A DNA stretch of 56,730 nucleotides from a virus (IMGVR_UViG_3300030330_000778:1-56730); one strand, 5' to 3'. Counted from the stretch's first letter, positions 19,802 to 30,396 are shown. Notes: generated by a model not told the origin, from the letters alone. Made by a program: numbers and translations.

Positions 19802-20482
19802 CTACGATGCTGTTGGTTGTATTGTATTTGGGCCACCAGCAGGTGATGCTGCAAGAGCCATATCATCTTGTCTTGTTCTTCTAGCTTGATTACGTAATGC
19901 TTGAATTTGTATTACATACTGTGCTTCCCAATATTGTAGATTATTCCAATCTTTATTAAACATTGTAGCTTCCATCAAAGAAGCATAAAATAAAGCATTG
20001 TAACAATATTCACTAAAATAATTAGTTGTTGTTACACTTGTTCCTGTAGCAGATGCTAGAGGTAATGGTTGAGATTGTGTTTGTATTTCTGTTGTAATAA
20101 CAGATGATGGAGTTGGAACTATTTTTAATGTAAGATTATCTTTTCTAGAATAGTAACGTGGTGTGCCAGTGGAAGCACTAACAGGCCAATAGTCCTTGAC
20201 ATATTCAAAAGTACGTGGTAATAAATTAGTAACAGTAGTTCCAGTGCTAACTACATAGTTTACATTCCGAACTACACGTACACGATCATTAAGAGTTACT
20301 GCACCAGCATTACCAGCAGATACAGAAACATTTGTAAATTCATCTAATCCAAAATCATCAAGATCTTTTACAAGACGAAACTCTGCTCGTTGTATAAAAC
20401 CAGTAATAGCACTGGTGAACTCAGTGCCATCATTTTCAGAAGTCTCTTGGATGTCTGATTTTAGTTGAGCAAAATTAGGCAT
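19802..20482 (-). CDS. Head-tail adaptor/head completion protein
   Basis: FIQRAEFR, GTPRYY, VPTP, LFYASL.EA motifs; follows capsid genes. Confidence 0.65.
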   Translation of the reverse strand: MPNFAQLKSDIQETSENDGTEFTSAITGFIQRAEFRLVKDLDDFGLDEFTNVSVSAGNAGAVTLNDRVRVVRNVNYVVSTGTTVTNLLPRTFEYVKDYWPVSASTGTPRYYSRKDNLTLKIVPTPSSVITTEIQTQSQPLPLASATGTSVTTTNYFSEYCYNALFYASLMEATMFNKDWNNLQYWEAQYVIQIQALRNQARRTRQDDMALAASPAGGPNTIQPTAS

Positions 20483-20483
20483 A

Positions 20484-20846
20484 CTAACCTACGTATAATG
20501 TAATGGTAGGAGCATTAACTCCTGATACAGAAACACTTACAATACCATGTATAGGAACACCCATATCACCTATGTACATATCATTTGAATCTGTAGCACC
20601 TACACGATAATGAATAGCATTACCTTTTGCTGTTTTATTTGTAATTTGTTTACTACCTGATATTGCAATTTCACCTGCAACAGTAGAAAAAGTATGTATA
20701 GCAACAACACGATTAACTGTGGGTACAGGATTAGATCCATCACCCTCACCACCTAATGTTACTGTTGGTGCATCTACAAATCTAAATCCTGTTATAATTG
20801 CACCGTCACTACTTACGTTATGTGCTACTTTAATATTTGAAGCCAT
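20484..20846 (-). CDS. Hypothetical virion protein
   Basis: GGAG SD; beta-rich; downstream of MCP. Confidence 0.6.
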   Translation of the reverse strand: MASNIKVAHNVSSDGAIITGFRFVDAPTVTLGGEGDGSNPVPTVNRVVAIHTFSTVAGEIAISGSKQITNKTAKGNAIHYRVGATDSNDMYIGDMGVPIHGIVSVSVSGVNAPTITLYVG

Positions 20847-20862
20847 TTATATTCTCCATGTA

Positions 20863-20895
20863 ATAAAGGAGGAGGTGACATAGTGCCACCCCCTC
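20863..20895 (-). terminator. Hairpin terminator after major capsid gene
   Basis: GAGGGGGTGGCA-ctat-GTCACCTCCTC followed by CTTTATTA. Confidence 0.55.
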
Positions 20896-20902
20896 GCTCT
20901 TA

Positions 20903-21823
20903 TTAAGAACCAGCACTTCCAAAGAAGCCACGCCAATCAGATACACCAAAGCTATATCGCTCTCGTGCCTTAAAGCGCAAGTTACCAGTATCAAAATCCG
21001 GCTCCATTTTTGTTTGAAGTGGAGAACGGACAAACATTTTTGTACCATTAGGTACATCAGTTTTAAAGAAGTACGAATTTGTATCCGTAAATCTACGATT
21101 AATAAAGTAACCTTCTGGAATCATTCCCAAGTGACGAGTAGCGTTTATAGCGTTCGTATTTGGGTTTGCCGCAGCAGCACTCGTTTGAGTGTTACCGGGG
21201 CTTGCCAAGATACGATCTGCAATCGCCCAAGTTTCAACAGGAACATGAAGTGAAATACAACTTGCACCTATAAGTATTCCACGATCATCTTTGATCTTTT
21301 GAATACTGGTAAGTGCTGTTTCAATAGTTGCTTCCGTAAGATCAGCTGCCGCAAGAAGGTTAGACTGATTACCATCAGAGATTGTGGGGTGTGCAGCAGA
21401 GAAGAATGCAGCACCATCACCAATGGTGTCAGAAAAACCGTTATTGAAAAGATTAGCAGCTTTCACTTGTTTGGTATTTGCCATTGCACGAGCAAGGCCA
21501 CGAGCACGAAGCTTGGCAAACGAATCATATAGATTGTCTTCCATTGCTTCTTCTGTGACAGCGAAGGCAAGAGCTACAGTCTCGTGTGTATAACGAGCTG
21601 TAAAGCTTTCTTGTGCATTGTCAAAACTAATAGTTGCGCCTTCACCCTTTACAGGTGCAGTACCAAAACCAGTGAAGAGTACTTCCTCTTCAAAAGCACG
21701 ATCTGAATTTTCAGTTTCATAGAGAGGTGCGTGTTCATCGTTTACCTCTCCATACTCCATTCCGAATACAGCATTTAGACCCGGAAGGAGTTGTTTGCTA
21801 ATACTAGCTCTATTAATAGCCAT
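20903..21823 (-). CDS. Major capsid protein
   Basis: LLPGLNAVFG, SDRAFEEEV, DFDTGNLRFKARERYSFG motifs; strong SD. Confidence 0.9.
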   Translation of the reverse strand: MAINRASISKQLLPGLNAVFGMEYGEVNDEHAPLYETENSDRAFEEEVLFTGFGTAPVKGEGATISFDNAQESFTARYTHETVALAFAVTEEAMEDNLYDSFAKLRARGLARAMANTKQVKAANLFNNGFSDTIGDGAAFFSAAHPTISDGNQSNLLAAADLTEATIETALTSIQKIKDDRGILIGASCISLHVPVETWAIADRILASPGNTQTSAAAANPNTNAINATRHLGMIPEGYFINRRFTDTNSYFFKTDVPNGTKMFVRSPLQTKMEPDFDTGNLRFKARERYSFGVSDWRGFFGSAGS

Positions 21824-21838
21824 AATAAACCCTCCTTA

Positions 21839-22453
21839 TTAAGCCGATGATGCCGTAGCAGTTACAAAACGATCACGGTGATGATTCAACCAAACTTCAA
21901 GAATTGGTTTTGCATCATCGCTACCTTCATCTGGGAACTTAGCTCGTCCAATGGCACGAACAGCAGCAGCAGATTCAACACCAGATGCACCATCAAGATA
22001 GTAACTGGATTGACCTGTTGTTGTGTTACCACTAGAAGCTGTTGAGCTAACGGTCACATTGTAGTTTTTAACAACTAGCAACTCAGCCGCAGAAACGGTA
22101 AGAGATGCTTGAATGTAATAAGTCTGATCAGGATCAGTTATTACAAAAAATTTAATGTCCGTGGCTGAAACCGTACCCGGCCAAAAACGTGAGAACTTTT
22201 GTTCTCCATTTTCAACATACTGACAACCCATGAAAACCCCTGAAGGTTTTAGAGTTGCAGCAATAAATGGTGATATAGTAGCAAAGTTAGCACCCGGTAA
22301 AACCACTGGATCACCAGTAAAGATTTTATTTGTGGGGCTACCTGTCATACCAGTTGAGGTAATCTCAATGGTATCAGTTACAGCTTCACTATTATAGTTA
22401 CCACCTTTTTTACGAGCAGGAATGAAACCACGAAATGCTGCGGTACTAGACAT
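21839..22453 (-). CDS. Capsid decoration/minor capsid protein
   Basis: IFTGDPV, GVFMGC, DPD motifs; just upstream of MCP. Confidence 0.6.
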   Translation of the reverse strand: MSSTAAFRGFIPARKKGGNYNSEAVTDTIEITSTGMTGSPTNKIFTGDPVVLPGANFATISPFIAATLKPSGVFMGCQYVENGEQKFSRFWPGTVSATDIKFFVITDPDQTYYIQASLTVSAAELLVVKNYNVTVSSTASSGNTTTGQSSYYLDGASGVESAAAVRAIGRAKFPDEGSDDAKPILEVWLNHHRDRFVTATASSA

Positions 22454-22485
22454 GTTTCATTCTCCTTAATTAAATATAAAGACAG

Positions 22486-22974
22486 TCAGTCCTGAAAGGA
22501 TGGTTGTCTGCCTTTGGTTGTAACAGAACGGCTAGTATTTGAAATAGGCATACGAGAATCAGAATTTCTCATAAGTTGTGCATTAACTGCATCCATCATG
22601 TTATTAGCTTTATCTTCGTAAAATTTCTGTCTAGCCTTTGCTTTTCCTGCTGGTATCTTAGCAAGGGCTAAGTCTCCACGACTTACTGTGCCTTGATACC
22701 TGCCACCCTCTTTCACGACAGAGGACAAAGCCATTTCAGGTACTTCTTCAGGATCAACAAACACCCAACCTTCTTGTTGTTTTTTACCAACATTAATATA
22801 GTCGTCTTGACCTTGAAGGGAGACTCGTATCCAACGTAATGCCATTTGTTCTTGATCAAACCTCTGCTGTACAGCTTCAGGAATATCAAGAGCATTTGGT
22901 TCTTCAAATGTCCATTGTTCTTCTCTCACTGAATTTTCTCTTTGACTTTTAGTACGTGATTCATTTCGTGTCAT
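22486..22974 (-). CDS. Conserved head-module protein
   Basis: RWIR...EGWVFV...GDLALAKIP. Confidence 0.6.
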   Translation of the reverse strand: MTRNESRTKSQRENSVREEQWTFEEPNALDIPEAVQQRFDQEQMALRWIRVSLQGQDDYINVGKKQQEGWVFVDPEEVPEMALSSVVKEGGRYQGTVSRGDLALAKIPAGKAKARQKFYEDKANNMMDAVNAQLMRNSDSRMPISNTSRSVTTKGRQPSFQD

Positions 22975-22987
22975 ATTTTCCTCCACG

Positions 22988-23953
22988 CTATCTTATATCT
23001 GTATATTCGCCATCAGCCTGAGTAACTTTCATTTTCTCAGCAGCGTATTGTTCAAGTGGTATATTCCATTTATTAGCAAGCCTTACGTCTTCTTTTGAAA
23101 GCTTAACTTTTTTACTAGAGGTTGGAGATGAGCGTGAACTCCCCGACACCACTTGAGCAGGTTGCTTCGTGTTATCCTGCACACGTTGCGAAGTTTGACC
23201 AAAAGCCGTTTCCAACCTCTTATCAATTTCTTCGTAAAATTCGTCACCATTAGGATCATATCCTTCATTCTTTAATTCTGCATCTAATGCTAATGCAGCA
23301 GCAGTTTTAATTGTATCTTTACCAAACCATTCATTTTCTTCAGCCCACTCTTGAGCTTTAGGATCTACAGTTTGAGCCTGTTGTTGCTGTTGAACTTGTG
23401 GTTGTACTTGTTCTTGTTCTTGTTGTTTAGCTTGTCTTTCAACTCTATTCTTCCAATTTTTTATAGCTTTTAATTCAGTTTTAGCTTCTAATAAAGCTTC
23501 TTGTGCAGCTAAAGATTTATCTTTATCTCCAGATTCAAAAGCTTCAAGATAAGACTGTCTAGCAAGTTCAACTGTTCTTTCTAAGTTTTGTTCATTAGTA
23601 TTAATACTTGAGCTTGTAACTTGTACTAAATCATCAGATTTAGTTTTTAAACTATCTTGTAACTCTTTATTTTGTGCTAATAATTTTTCAATTTGTTCTT
23701 CACGTTCTTTACGTTGTCGTATAAGTTGTTTAATTCTTTTTTCAGCACCTTTAGTTTTAATACCTTCTAATTCTTTAGGTTTTTCTTTAACTTCTTCTTC
23801 TTGAGGTGCAGTTTCAATAACCTCTTCTTTTGGTTTTTCTTCTACAGCTTCAAGAACTTCTTCTTCTTCACCTTCTACTTCAAATTCTATTTTATTTTCT
23901 TCTTCTTTAGATGGGACTTCGATTGTATCCCAACCTTCATTTTGATCACTCAT
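22988..23953 (-). CDS. Capsid scaffolding protein
   Basis: Acidic coiled coil; W.EENEWFG; position before capsid genes. Confidence 0.65.
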   Translation of the reverse strand: MSDQNEGWDTIEVPSKEEENKIEFEVEGEEEEVLEAVEEKPKEEVIETAPQEEEVKEKPKELEGIKTKGAEKRIKQLIRQRKEREEQIEKLLAQNKELQDSLKTKSDDLVQVTSSSINTNEQNLERTVELARQSYLEAFESGDKDKSLAAQEALLEAKTELKAIKNWKNRVERQAKQQEQEQVQPQVQQQQQAQTVDPKAQEWAEENEWFGKDTIKTAAALALDAELKNEGYDPNGDEFYEEIDKRLETAFGQTSQRVQDNTKQPAQVVSGSSRSSPTSSKKVKLSKEDVRLANKWNIPLEQYAAEKMKVTQADGEYTDIR

Positions 23954-24005
23954 TATTTTCTCCGTTAGTCACGATCTAAACGATTACGTTTTTTTTCTTT
24001 ATACT

Positions 24006-24034
24006 ATTATAACATATAAATACCAATCTCACAA
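24006..24034 (-). promoter_or_regulatory. Sigma70-type promoter for scaffold/capsid operon
   Basis: TTGTGA-17-TATAAT with extended -10 TG. Confidence 0.6.
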
Positions 24035-24035
24035 A

Positions 24036-24476
24036 TTAATCTGATCCTCTTGTTAAATTAAATGTAGGATCAAGATCTTTTGGATCAGGAACTCTCATAC
24101 TAATCTGATCATCAAATAAAAGTATTAGACGAACACCTTTATAAAAAAGCTTTGTTCCAGTATGTTTTCCATAGCATACATAGTCTCCTACTTTACACCA
24201 TGCTCCATTTGGAAACTTATCTTTTTCACAATATGCTAAATCTCCTATTGCAATTACTTTACCAACTGTGGTAAGATATGACATATCTTCTCTTGTTGAA
24301 TCAGGAATAAATATACCACCTTTAGTTTTGCTTTTTACTGAGGTTGGACGAACCAAGACATGATAGCCCGGTAACTCAGGTAAAGGTGATGGATCAAGTT
24401 TTTCTTCTGGATCAGTAATCCATAAATCATTTTTTAATGCCCCGCCCATTTGTACTTGTTGCATGTTATTCGTCAT
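24036..24476 (-). CDS. groES: GroES-like co-chaperonin
   Basis: VLVRP...KTKGGIFIPD...GKVIAIG...KVGDYV.YGK. Confidence 0.8.
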   Translation of the reverse strand: MTNNMQQVQMGGALKNDLWITDPEEKLDPSPLPELPGYHVLVRPTSVKSKTKGGIFIPDSTREDMSYLTTVGKVIAIGDLAYCEKDKFPNGAWCKVGDYVCYGKHTGTKLFYKGVRLILLFDDQISMRVPDPKDLDPTFNLTRGSD

Positions 24477-24660
24477 CCTCCATGTGTAGACGTTTTTTGT
24501 AAATTGAAGTTAAGTTATCTCTAGCCCATTGTATACCAACAATAGAGCCAACAACTTGTCTGTAGTGTGAATAGTCTTCAGCCATACCATCGCCAAGACT
24601 ATTTTGAAGTTTACCTATTTCTTTATTAAACTCTAAAACTATTTCATCCCATATATCCAT
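24466..24660 (-). CDS. Hypothetical protein
   Basis: Coupled ORF; DY..YR..VG motif. Confidence 0.6.
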   Translation of the reverse strand: MDIWDEIVLEFNKEIGKLQNSLGDGMAEDYSHYRQVVGSIVGIQWARDNLTSIYKKRLHMEDDE

Positions 24661-24827
24661 TACGGTTTAAGCGTTCCTTTCTCCTCACCTTTCCAAGAAT
24701 AATCATCCCATTTATTAAGTGCTGAACGAATATTACGTCCACCAGTTATATCTTGAGCATATGCATCACCAAAACTTTTATCAGTTTCTTTAACATTCTC
24801 AGGATAGCCTTTACCTTTCTGCATCAT
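24660..24827 (-). CDS. 55-aa hypothetical protein (below cutoff)
   Basis: MMQKGKGYPENVKETDK...; fills the gap after portal. Confidence 0.5.
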   Translation of the reverse strand: MMQKGKGYPENVKETDKSFGDAYAQDITGGRNIRSALNKWDDYSWKGEEKGTLKP

Positions 24828-27366
24828 TTCTAATCTCCGTCATTTGTTGATTTGCTACTTTTAACATATTTTCAATAGTTGTTTGATCTATTTCTTTTTT
24901 ATCTTCCATTTGTTTTTTTAACATCTCTGATATATATTTAGCTAATTCTTTTCTTTGATCAAGATCTATTTTACTTTCTTCTATTTGTATTTTAGCTTGT
25001 AGCTCTGCCTCTTTAATTGCTTCTTTAGATTCTCTAGTAAGTTGAGCTTGTTGTTCTCTAGATTTTGATTGGCCTGTAGATTTAAGCATATCTATTAACT
25101 GACCAGTTTCTTTTATTTCAAGCTCTTTATTTTTAAGCTGTAATTCTGCTGCATCACTAGCTGTATCAGCTTGTAGTTTTTGTTTTTCAAGTTCTACTTT
25201 TGCTTGTTCAAGTGCTACAAGTTGTTGTTCTGGAGATTGAGCCATACCCATTGCTTGATTTGCACTGAGAACTTGTTGTGCAGCTTGAGCCATTACAACT
25301 TCTATTACAGAAGGATTCTGTGCTTGTTTTGGTGGAATTTGTTGCATTAACTGTTGAGTTACACCACTTACTTGCTCTTGATATTTCATAATAGAATGTT
25401 CTTGAATATTAGCTTGTAAGATTGGAGCAATACGTTCCATCACTGGATTAGCACCATTTTGAGGATCTTGTAGATATGCCATTTTTATTTGAATATGTGC
25501 ATCATGATTTTGACCGGGAAAAGCTGCAATAGGTACACCTTTAGTTGCTGCCATAATATCAGATACAGGATCAAGTTGTTGAGGCTCAATCTTTGGTGGA
25601 AGTATCTGATCTATATTAGGCATATTAGCTGCATTTAATATTGTACGATTAAGTGCTTCAAGATTAAACATTCCCGGTGGAGACTGTTGTGCCATCTGTA
25701 ATGCCATATTAGCCATCATCATACGGTGAGCGTTAGATGGAATATTAGGATCAGATACAGGTAGAATATCTATACGACCATCGAAATCTTTTTTAAATAT
25801 ACTACGAGATTCATAAGGAACATCATATGGATATTCTATTGGTAGATAATCAAAATCAATACGTGCTAATATTCTAAATTCATCTTTTTGTGTTTTATGT
25901 AATCTTTTATGTACCGCACTAAAGAATTTACTTGATGCTTCTAGTAGTGCCATAGTTGTTCCGACAGGTCCATAGGAGGCAGCATCAGAGATAACTTGCT
26001 CTGTGCTATCTGCAAACTTCTGACCAGCAGCAGTTACAAAATTTAACATCTGGAATAGAGTAGAGGAAGGCTCTTTGTAGGGGAGAGGAATAATAGCCTT
26101 TGATAAGTCTATACCAGTTGCTTCAACCTCCTTGAACTCACCGGGTGATATAGGATCATTGTCACCAACCATCCTTACACCTTTGGCCTTAAATCCTCCC
26201 GGTAAATTAGCAAACTGTCCTGCATCTATTAGGGATCGCATTGCAGCAGTTGCTGACATAGTGAGATTACCAAGAAAATGTATAAGACCAAATCCGTAGA
26301 AACCAAAGCCGGGTACAAATCTATAATGGACAAAATGATTTATCTTCTCCTTATTTGTATCGTTCTCCTTATAGTTTCTACGAATACTTAGTACCTGTCG
26401 AGAATTTTTTTCAACAGTTACAATATATGGAAGAAGCTCATCTTCTTCTTCTATATCTAAATAACAATGTTGTTCTAGTAGAACATATTGTGGATCATTA
26501 TCTGAGGAAGGAGACAAACCAATAATAGTATCTATCTTTTCTCCAAAATCAGTTATAGTTCCCATAGAAGGTTCTGGTAGATCAACATCTTCATAAACAC
26601 CAGCCCTAATATCTCTTTGTATTTCTACAGGACTACGATAAATTAAATGTGTATATCTATCTGCATTACTAAGATCAGTAGCATAATAAGATACATAAAA
26701 CTGATCTATAGGTATAAACTCTGATTTAGGACGTTTAACTGTAGCATCGTAATACATTTTTTTAAATGCAGAACCAATTAAAGGAAGATGGAACAACATT
26801 CTTTCAAACTCATCAAAGTACTCTGGCATTTGCTCAGTAAGTTGATAATTCATAAAGTTCTGAACACGATTAGCTTGTAGTTCTTTTTCTTGTGTAGCTT
26901 GTCCTATGATCTGTGTTTTAACAGGACCACTTGAAGGAAATAATTCATTAGATGCTTTAGATTGAAACTTAACAGCAGATTCAATAAGAAGAGGGTGAAC
27001 TGCTGTACATGCACCTTCAAATGGTTCTGATCCTTGTTCTAACTTTAATCCTAAAAGATCAAAGCCTCGTTCAAACATAGACTCCCACTCTTGTCTAGAG
27101 TCTTTATCTGCTTCAAAGTTTTCAACAACAGTATTAGCTATATCAGCTAGATCTTCATCATCTAATTCTGCTACTATATTACCAAACCATTCAGCAACAG
27201 AACCTTTAGCTTCCATCTCTGCATTTTCTGTAAAGTCTACAATAACACCACCATCATCTTCTACTTCAAAGGTAGCATTTAAATTATCTTCCATAGCAGC
27301 TTCAGGAACTACTTTTACATTTTCTTCTTGAGGTATTTGCTCAAGTGGATTTTGTTCTACAGCCAT
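24811..27366 (-). CDS. Portal protein
   Basis: HPLLIES..FQ, GSAFKK.YYD, PGFGFYG.GL, PVGTT.AL motifs. Confidence 0.88.
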   Translation of the reverse strand: MAVEQNPLEQIPQEENVKVVPEAAMEDNLNATFEVEDDGGVIVDFTENAEMEAKGSVAEWFGNIVAELDDEDLADIANTVVENFEADKDSRQEWESMFERGFDLLGLKLEQGSEPFEGACTAVHPLLIESAVKFQSKASNELFPSSGPVKTQIIGQATQEKELQANRVQNFMNYQLTEQMPEYFDEFERMLFHLPLIGSAFKKMYYDATVKRPKSEFIPIDQFYVSYYATDLSNADRYTHLIYRSPVEIQRDIRAGVYEDVDLPEPSMGTITDFGEKIDTIIGLSPSSDNDPQYVLLEQHCYLDIEEEDELLPYIVTVEKNSRQVLSIRRNYKENDTNKEKINHFVHYRFVPGFGFYGFGLIHFLGNLTMSATAAMRSLIDAGQFANLPGGFKAKGVRMVGDNDPISPGEFKEVEATGIDLSKAIIPLPYKEPSSTLFQMLNFVTAAGQKFADSTEQVISDAASYGPVGTTMALLEASSKFFSAVHKRLHKTQKDEFRILARIDFDYLPIEYPYDVPYESRSIFKKDFDGRIDILPVSDPNIPSNAHRMMMANMALQMAQQSPPGMFNLEALNRTILNAANMPNIDQILPPKIEPQQLDPVSDIMAATKGVPIAAFPGQNHDAHIQIKMAYLQDPQNGANPVMERIAPILQANIQEHSIMKYQEQVSGVTQQLMQQIPPKQAQNPSVIEVVMAQAAQQVLSANQAMGMAQSPEQQLVALEQAKVELEKQKLQADTASDAAELQLKNKELEIKETGQLIDMLKSTGQSKSREQQAQLTRESKEAIKEAELQAKIQIEESKIDLDQRKELAKYISEMLKKQMEDKKEIDQTTIENMLKVANQQMTEIRNDAER

Positions 27367-27383
27367 ATTTTATTATTCCATTA

Positions 27384-28769
27384 TTAATATTCTATTTCTT
27401 CAGGAAAAGCACTATCACGAGTATCTATAGTTAATGCTCCTCCAGTAATAGGATTATCTACTACTCTTAAACCACCTTCTAAATTTATTTCATTAAAAAC
27501 TTCTTCAATAGCTTGTTTTATAGATTTTCCTTCTTTCACTTTTTTCTCTACTTCATTTTTTTCTGAAGTAGTTAAATTTTTAACAGCTTCTTGAAAATCT
27601 ATAGATGCTGTTATATCACCTGTAAGTGATTTAGTAATTCCTTTTCCAAAAGGACTATCAATAAAAGGTTGTTCTCTATCTAATAAAGTTTTTCTTAAAG
27701 CACCACCGGGTAATTTAGAATCACCAATTAATATATCTCTTATTATACCTTGTGGTGTTAAAGATGTTAAGCCTGTATAAAAATCAGAACTTAGTTTACC
27801 AAGATCGCCTAAACCTTGACCTATTTGACCAAAGCCAGCTTGTAAACCTACAAGACCCGGTCCTCCATAAGAAAACATACCATCTCTATCAACATCAACT
27901 GTAACACCTTCTAGTCCTTCATCTCTTAATTGACTTTGTAATTGATCAGCTTGTATAGCATTAGATAAAGCTATTTCATTTTCTACTAAGTCAAAATATC
28001 CTGATTGTTGAAGTTCATTATAACCAAACTGATTATCTTTTTCATATCTATCTTCAAGAGATTCTTTTTGATCTTTTATATCTGATAGTACGTCCGATGA
28101 TTTAAATAAATCAGCTTCTTTTTCTTCATAATCTGGATCAACTCCTCCACCTGTTGATCTTTTAATTATAGGTGAATATTCTACATTTTTTTTATCATCT
28201 ATAGGAGTAAAGTCTTCATAATCTATATCATAGTTATAAGCTAAATTACGTTCTTCGTCACTAACTTTTTCACCAAGATAATCTTTAAATTTAATAAAAT
28301 CTTTTCTAGCTTGTTCTTTAAAGTTTTCTAATCTTTTTTCTTCACTTGATGTTTCATCAGGACTAATTTGAGGTGCAGCATCCCCTTGACCTTCAACAGC
28401 CATCTCAAGTTGCTCACGTAATTTTTGAAGACTTGTTGCAGGAATACCTGTAACATCTGGTAAGTCATAATCAATAACACCGGGAATATATTCTCTTATT
28501 GGTCCCTCTTTAAATCTAGGAGCATCTCTATCAAAAGTAGATACTGCACTTTCATCATCGCCAAGACCAAATCTAGCAAAACTATATTTATTAAGAAGAT
28601 CAGATATTAAAGAATCTTGACCATATTCTCTATAAAATGCTGCTGCTTCAGGTCCACCTACATTAAAATAATCTTCTTCAGTTAAATAATCTGGTCCTAA
28701 CACTGGTAATAGTTTACGGAATCTTCGCATATCTACATTGCGATATCCCGGTAGTTTTTGTAGTGCCAT
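27384..28769 (-). CDS. Acidic hypothetical protein between TerL and portal
   Basis: 461-aa ORF with its own promoter. Confidence 0.6.
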   Translation of the reverse strand: MALQKLPGYRNVDMRRFRKLLPVLGPDYLTEEDYFNVGGPEAAAFYREYGQDSLISDLLNKYSFARFGLGDDESAVSTFDRDAPRFKEGPIREYIPGVIDYDLPDVTGIPATSLQKLREQLEMAVEGQGDAAPQISPDETSSEEKRLENFKEQARKDFIKFKDYLGEKVSDEERNLAYNYDIDYEDFTPIDDKKNVEYSPIIKRSTGGGVDPDYEEKEADLFKSSDVLSDIKDQKESLEDRYEKDNQFGYNELQQSGYFDLVENEIALSNAIQADQLQSQLRDEGLEGVTVDVDRDGMFSYGGPGLVGLQAGFGQIGQGLGDLGKLSSDFYTGLTSLTPQGIIRDILIGDSKLPGGALRKTLLDREQPFIDSPFGKGITKSLTGDITASIDFQEAVKNLTTSEKNEVEKKVKEGKSIKQAIEEVFNEINLEGGLRVVDNPITGGALTIDTRDSAFPEEIEY

Positions 28770-28798
28770 AGAAATCCCCTAAATTTTACCTCTCTTAT

Positions 28799-28827
28799 AT
28801 TATATCATACTTTTTCTAGATTCGCAA
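28799..28827 (-). promoter_or_regulatory. Sigma70-type promoter
   Basis: TTGCGA-17-TATAAT with extended -10 TG. Confidence 0.6.
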
Positions 28828-28828
28828 A

Positions 28829-30367
28829 TCATACATTCCAATAAGTTGCTCTTCTAGTTTTTTCACCATCTTCATATTCAGGATCGTCAGGATGTGTAAG
28901 ATTCCATGAGTCTTTCATATAGTGTATAGCCATTGTTAAAGCATCTACCTGATCATCATGAGCAGCATTTGGAAACCTTATTAATTCTTCTACTAGATCA
29001 TCTGCCCACTTCTTATTCATAGGTATCCATACTCTACCTGATTCCATCATAGGTGTAGATGCGTATACTCGTGCAGTCTTATCTCTATCTGGTATGTAAT
29101 CTAAAATAGGTAAACCAGCCCTACGCATATCTTGTATAAGTGATTGACCAGATGCTTTCTTTTCTATCATACAGACATCAGGTTTATGTTGGTTATACAA
29201 CTTCTGCGCCAGCCGCCTTAGTTCTGGATATTCAAACCTACCTTTAATATTACCTAGCAGTATTAAATGTGGGGCATAGTCTTCATACCCTTGATCATCT
29301 TGATTATACATATAGAAGATACCCCATGTTTGTATTACACTATAATCAGCAGTACTTGCTGTAGAGAAAGCTGTATCATAAGTTTGTATTACAAAGTCAC
29401 AGGTAGGTGGTTCATCATACTCCCAGTTTTTAAGCCATCGTTTTTTTATGAGGCCACCCTCTTCAGGTGTAGGGTCTTGCATGTAAAGAGCGTTCCAATA
29501 ACGAGAACCATTAGAAGCTTTAATTTCATTCTCATCTATTTTAAGTACACTATCTGGTTTCCACTCTGGAAAATAACTAGAACCTATTGGAAGATCTAAA
29601 AGATCTGCTGCATCTTCATCTAACCATGCTGGTATCTTTACAACATCCCAAGGTATTGTTTCATAGTCAGACATATTCTCTTGTTGTTTTAGAAGCCAGC
29701 CACAAAGATCATCATAGTGATACCTTGTATTTATTATTACTATAGCTCCGTTAGGCATGATACGTGTTCTAAGTCCAGCAGGATACCATTCTTTTATAAA
29801 TCTTCTACCTGCACTAGAGATAGCATCTTCTTCTGACATAGCATCATCTAAGATTGCTACATGTGCGCCTCGTCCAGCTATTTGTGAACGTACACCAGCA
29901 GCATAATACATTCCATTTTGGTTTGTCTTCCATTTACCTGCTGCTCTAACGTCACTTCGTAAAGACACACCACGAAATACCTTTTGAAACTCTTCTGTGT
30001 TTACTATATCACGAACTGATCTACCAAAATCACTAGCTAGTTGGTCGCTATGTGAAATAGTTAGAAGTTCATGTTCAGGATTTCTACCTATATACCATGC
30101 AGGAAAAAGTTTAGAGCAGACAACAGACTTAGAAGAGCGTGGTGGTAGAAAGACCATCAGTCTTTTTATCTCTCCTGATTCTACTTGTTGTAGTTTATCA
30201 GAGATAACTTCTATATGTTTACCCATCTTGAAGCCAGACACAAGACTAGGTGCTATTAATCTTACAAAAGACAAGAAGTCAGTATTACATTGTTGATTAA
30301 CTTGTTGAGACAACAAACCTTCAAGTTGTATATAAGACTCTATATAGTTATTATGTAGTTGTTCCAT
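28829..30367 (-). CDS. terL: Terminase large subunit
   Basis: PPRSSKS Walker A, AILDD Walker B, YDTA, IEKKASG, FPNAAHDDQVDA nuclease motifs. Confidence 0.93.
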   Translation of the reverse strand: MEQLHNNYIESYIQLEGLLSQQVNQQCNTDFLSFVRLIAPSLVSGFKMGKHIEVISDKLQQVESGEIKRLMVFLPPRSSKSVVCSKLFPAWYIGRNPEHELLTISHSDQLASDFGRSVRDIVNTEEFQKVFRGVSLRSDVRAAGKWKTNQNGMYYAAGVRSQIAGRGAHVAILDDAMSEEDAISSAGRRFIKEWYPAGLRTRIMPNGAIVIINTRYHYDDLCGWLLKQQENMSDYETIPWDVVKIPAWLDEDAADLLDLPIGSSYFPEWKPDSVLKIDENEIKASNGSRYWNALYMQDPTPEEGGLIKKRWLKNWEYDEPPTCDFVIQTYDTAFSTASTADYSVIQTWGIFYMYNQDDQGYEDYAPHLILLGNIKGRFEYPELRRLAQKLYNQHKPDVCMIEKKASGQSLIQDMRRAGLPILDYIPDRDKTARVYASTPMMESGRVWIPMNKKWADDLVEELIRFPNAAHDDQVDALTMAIHYMKDSWNLTHPDDPEYEDGEKTRRATYWNV

Positions 30368-30396
30368 AGTAATATTCTTATTATTAATATTATAAT

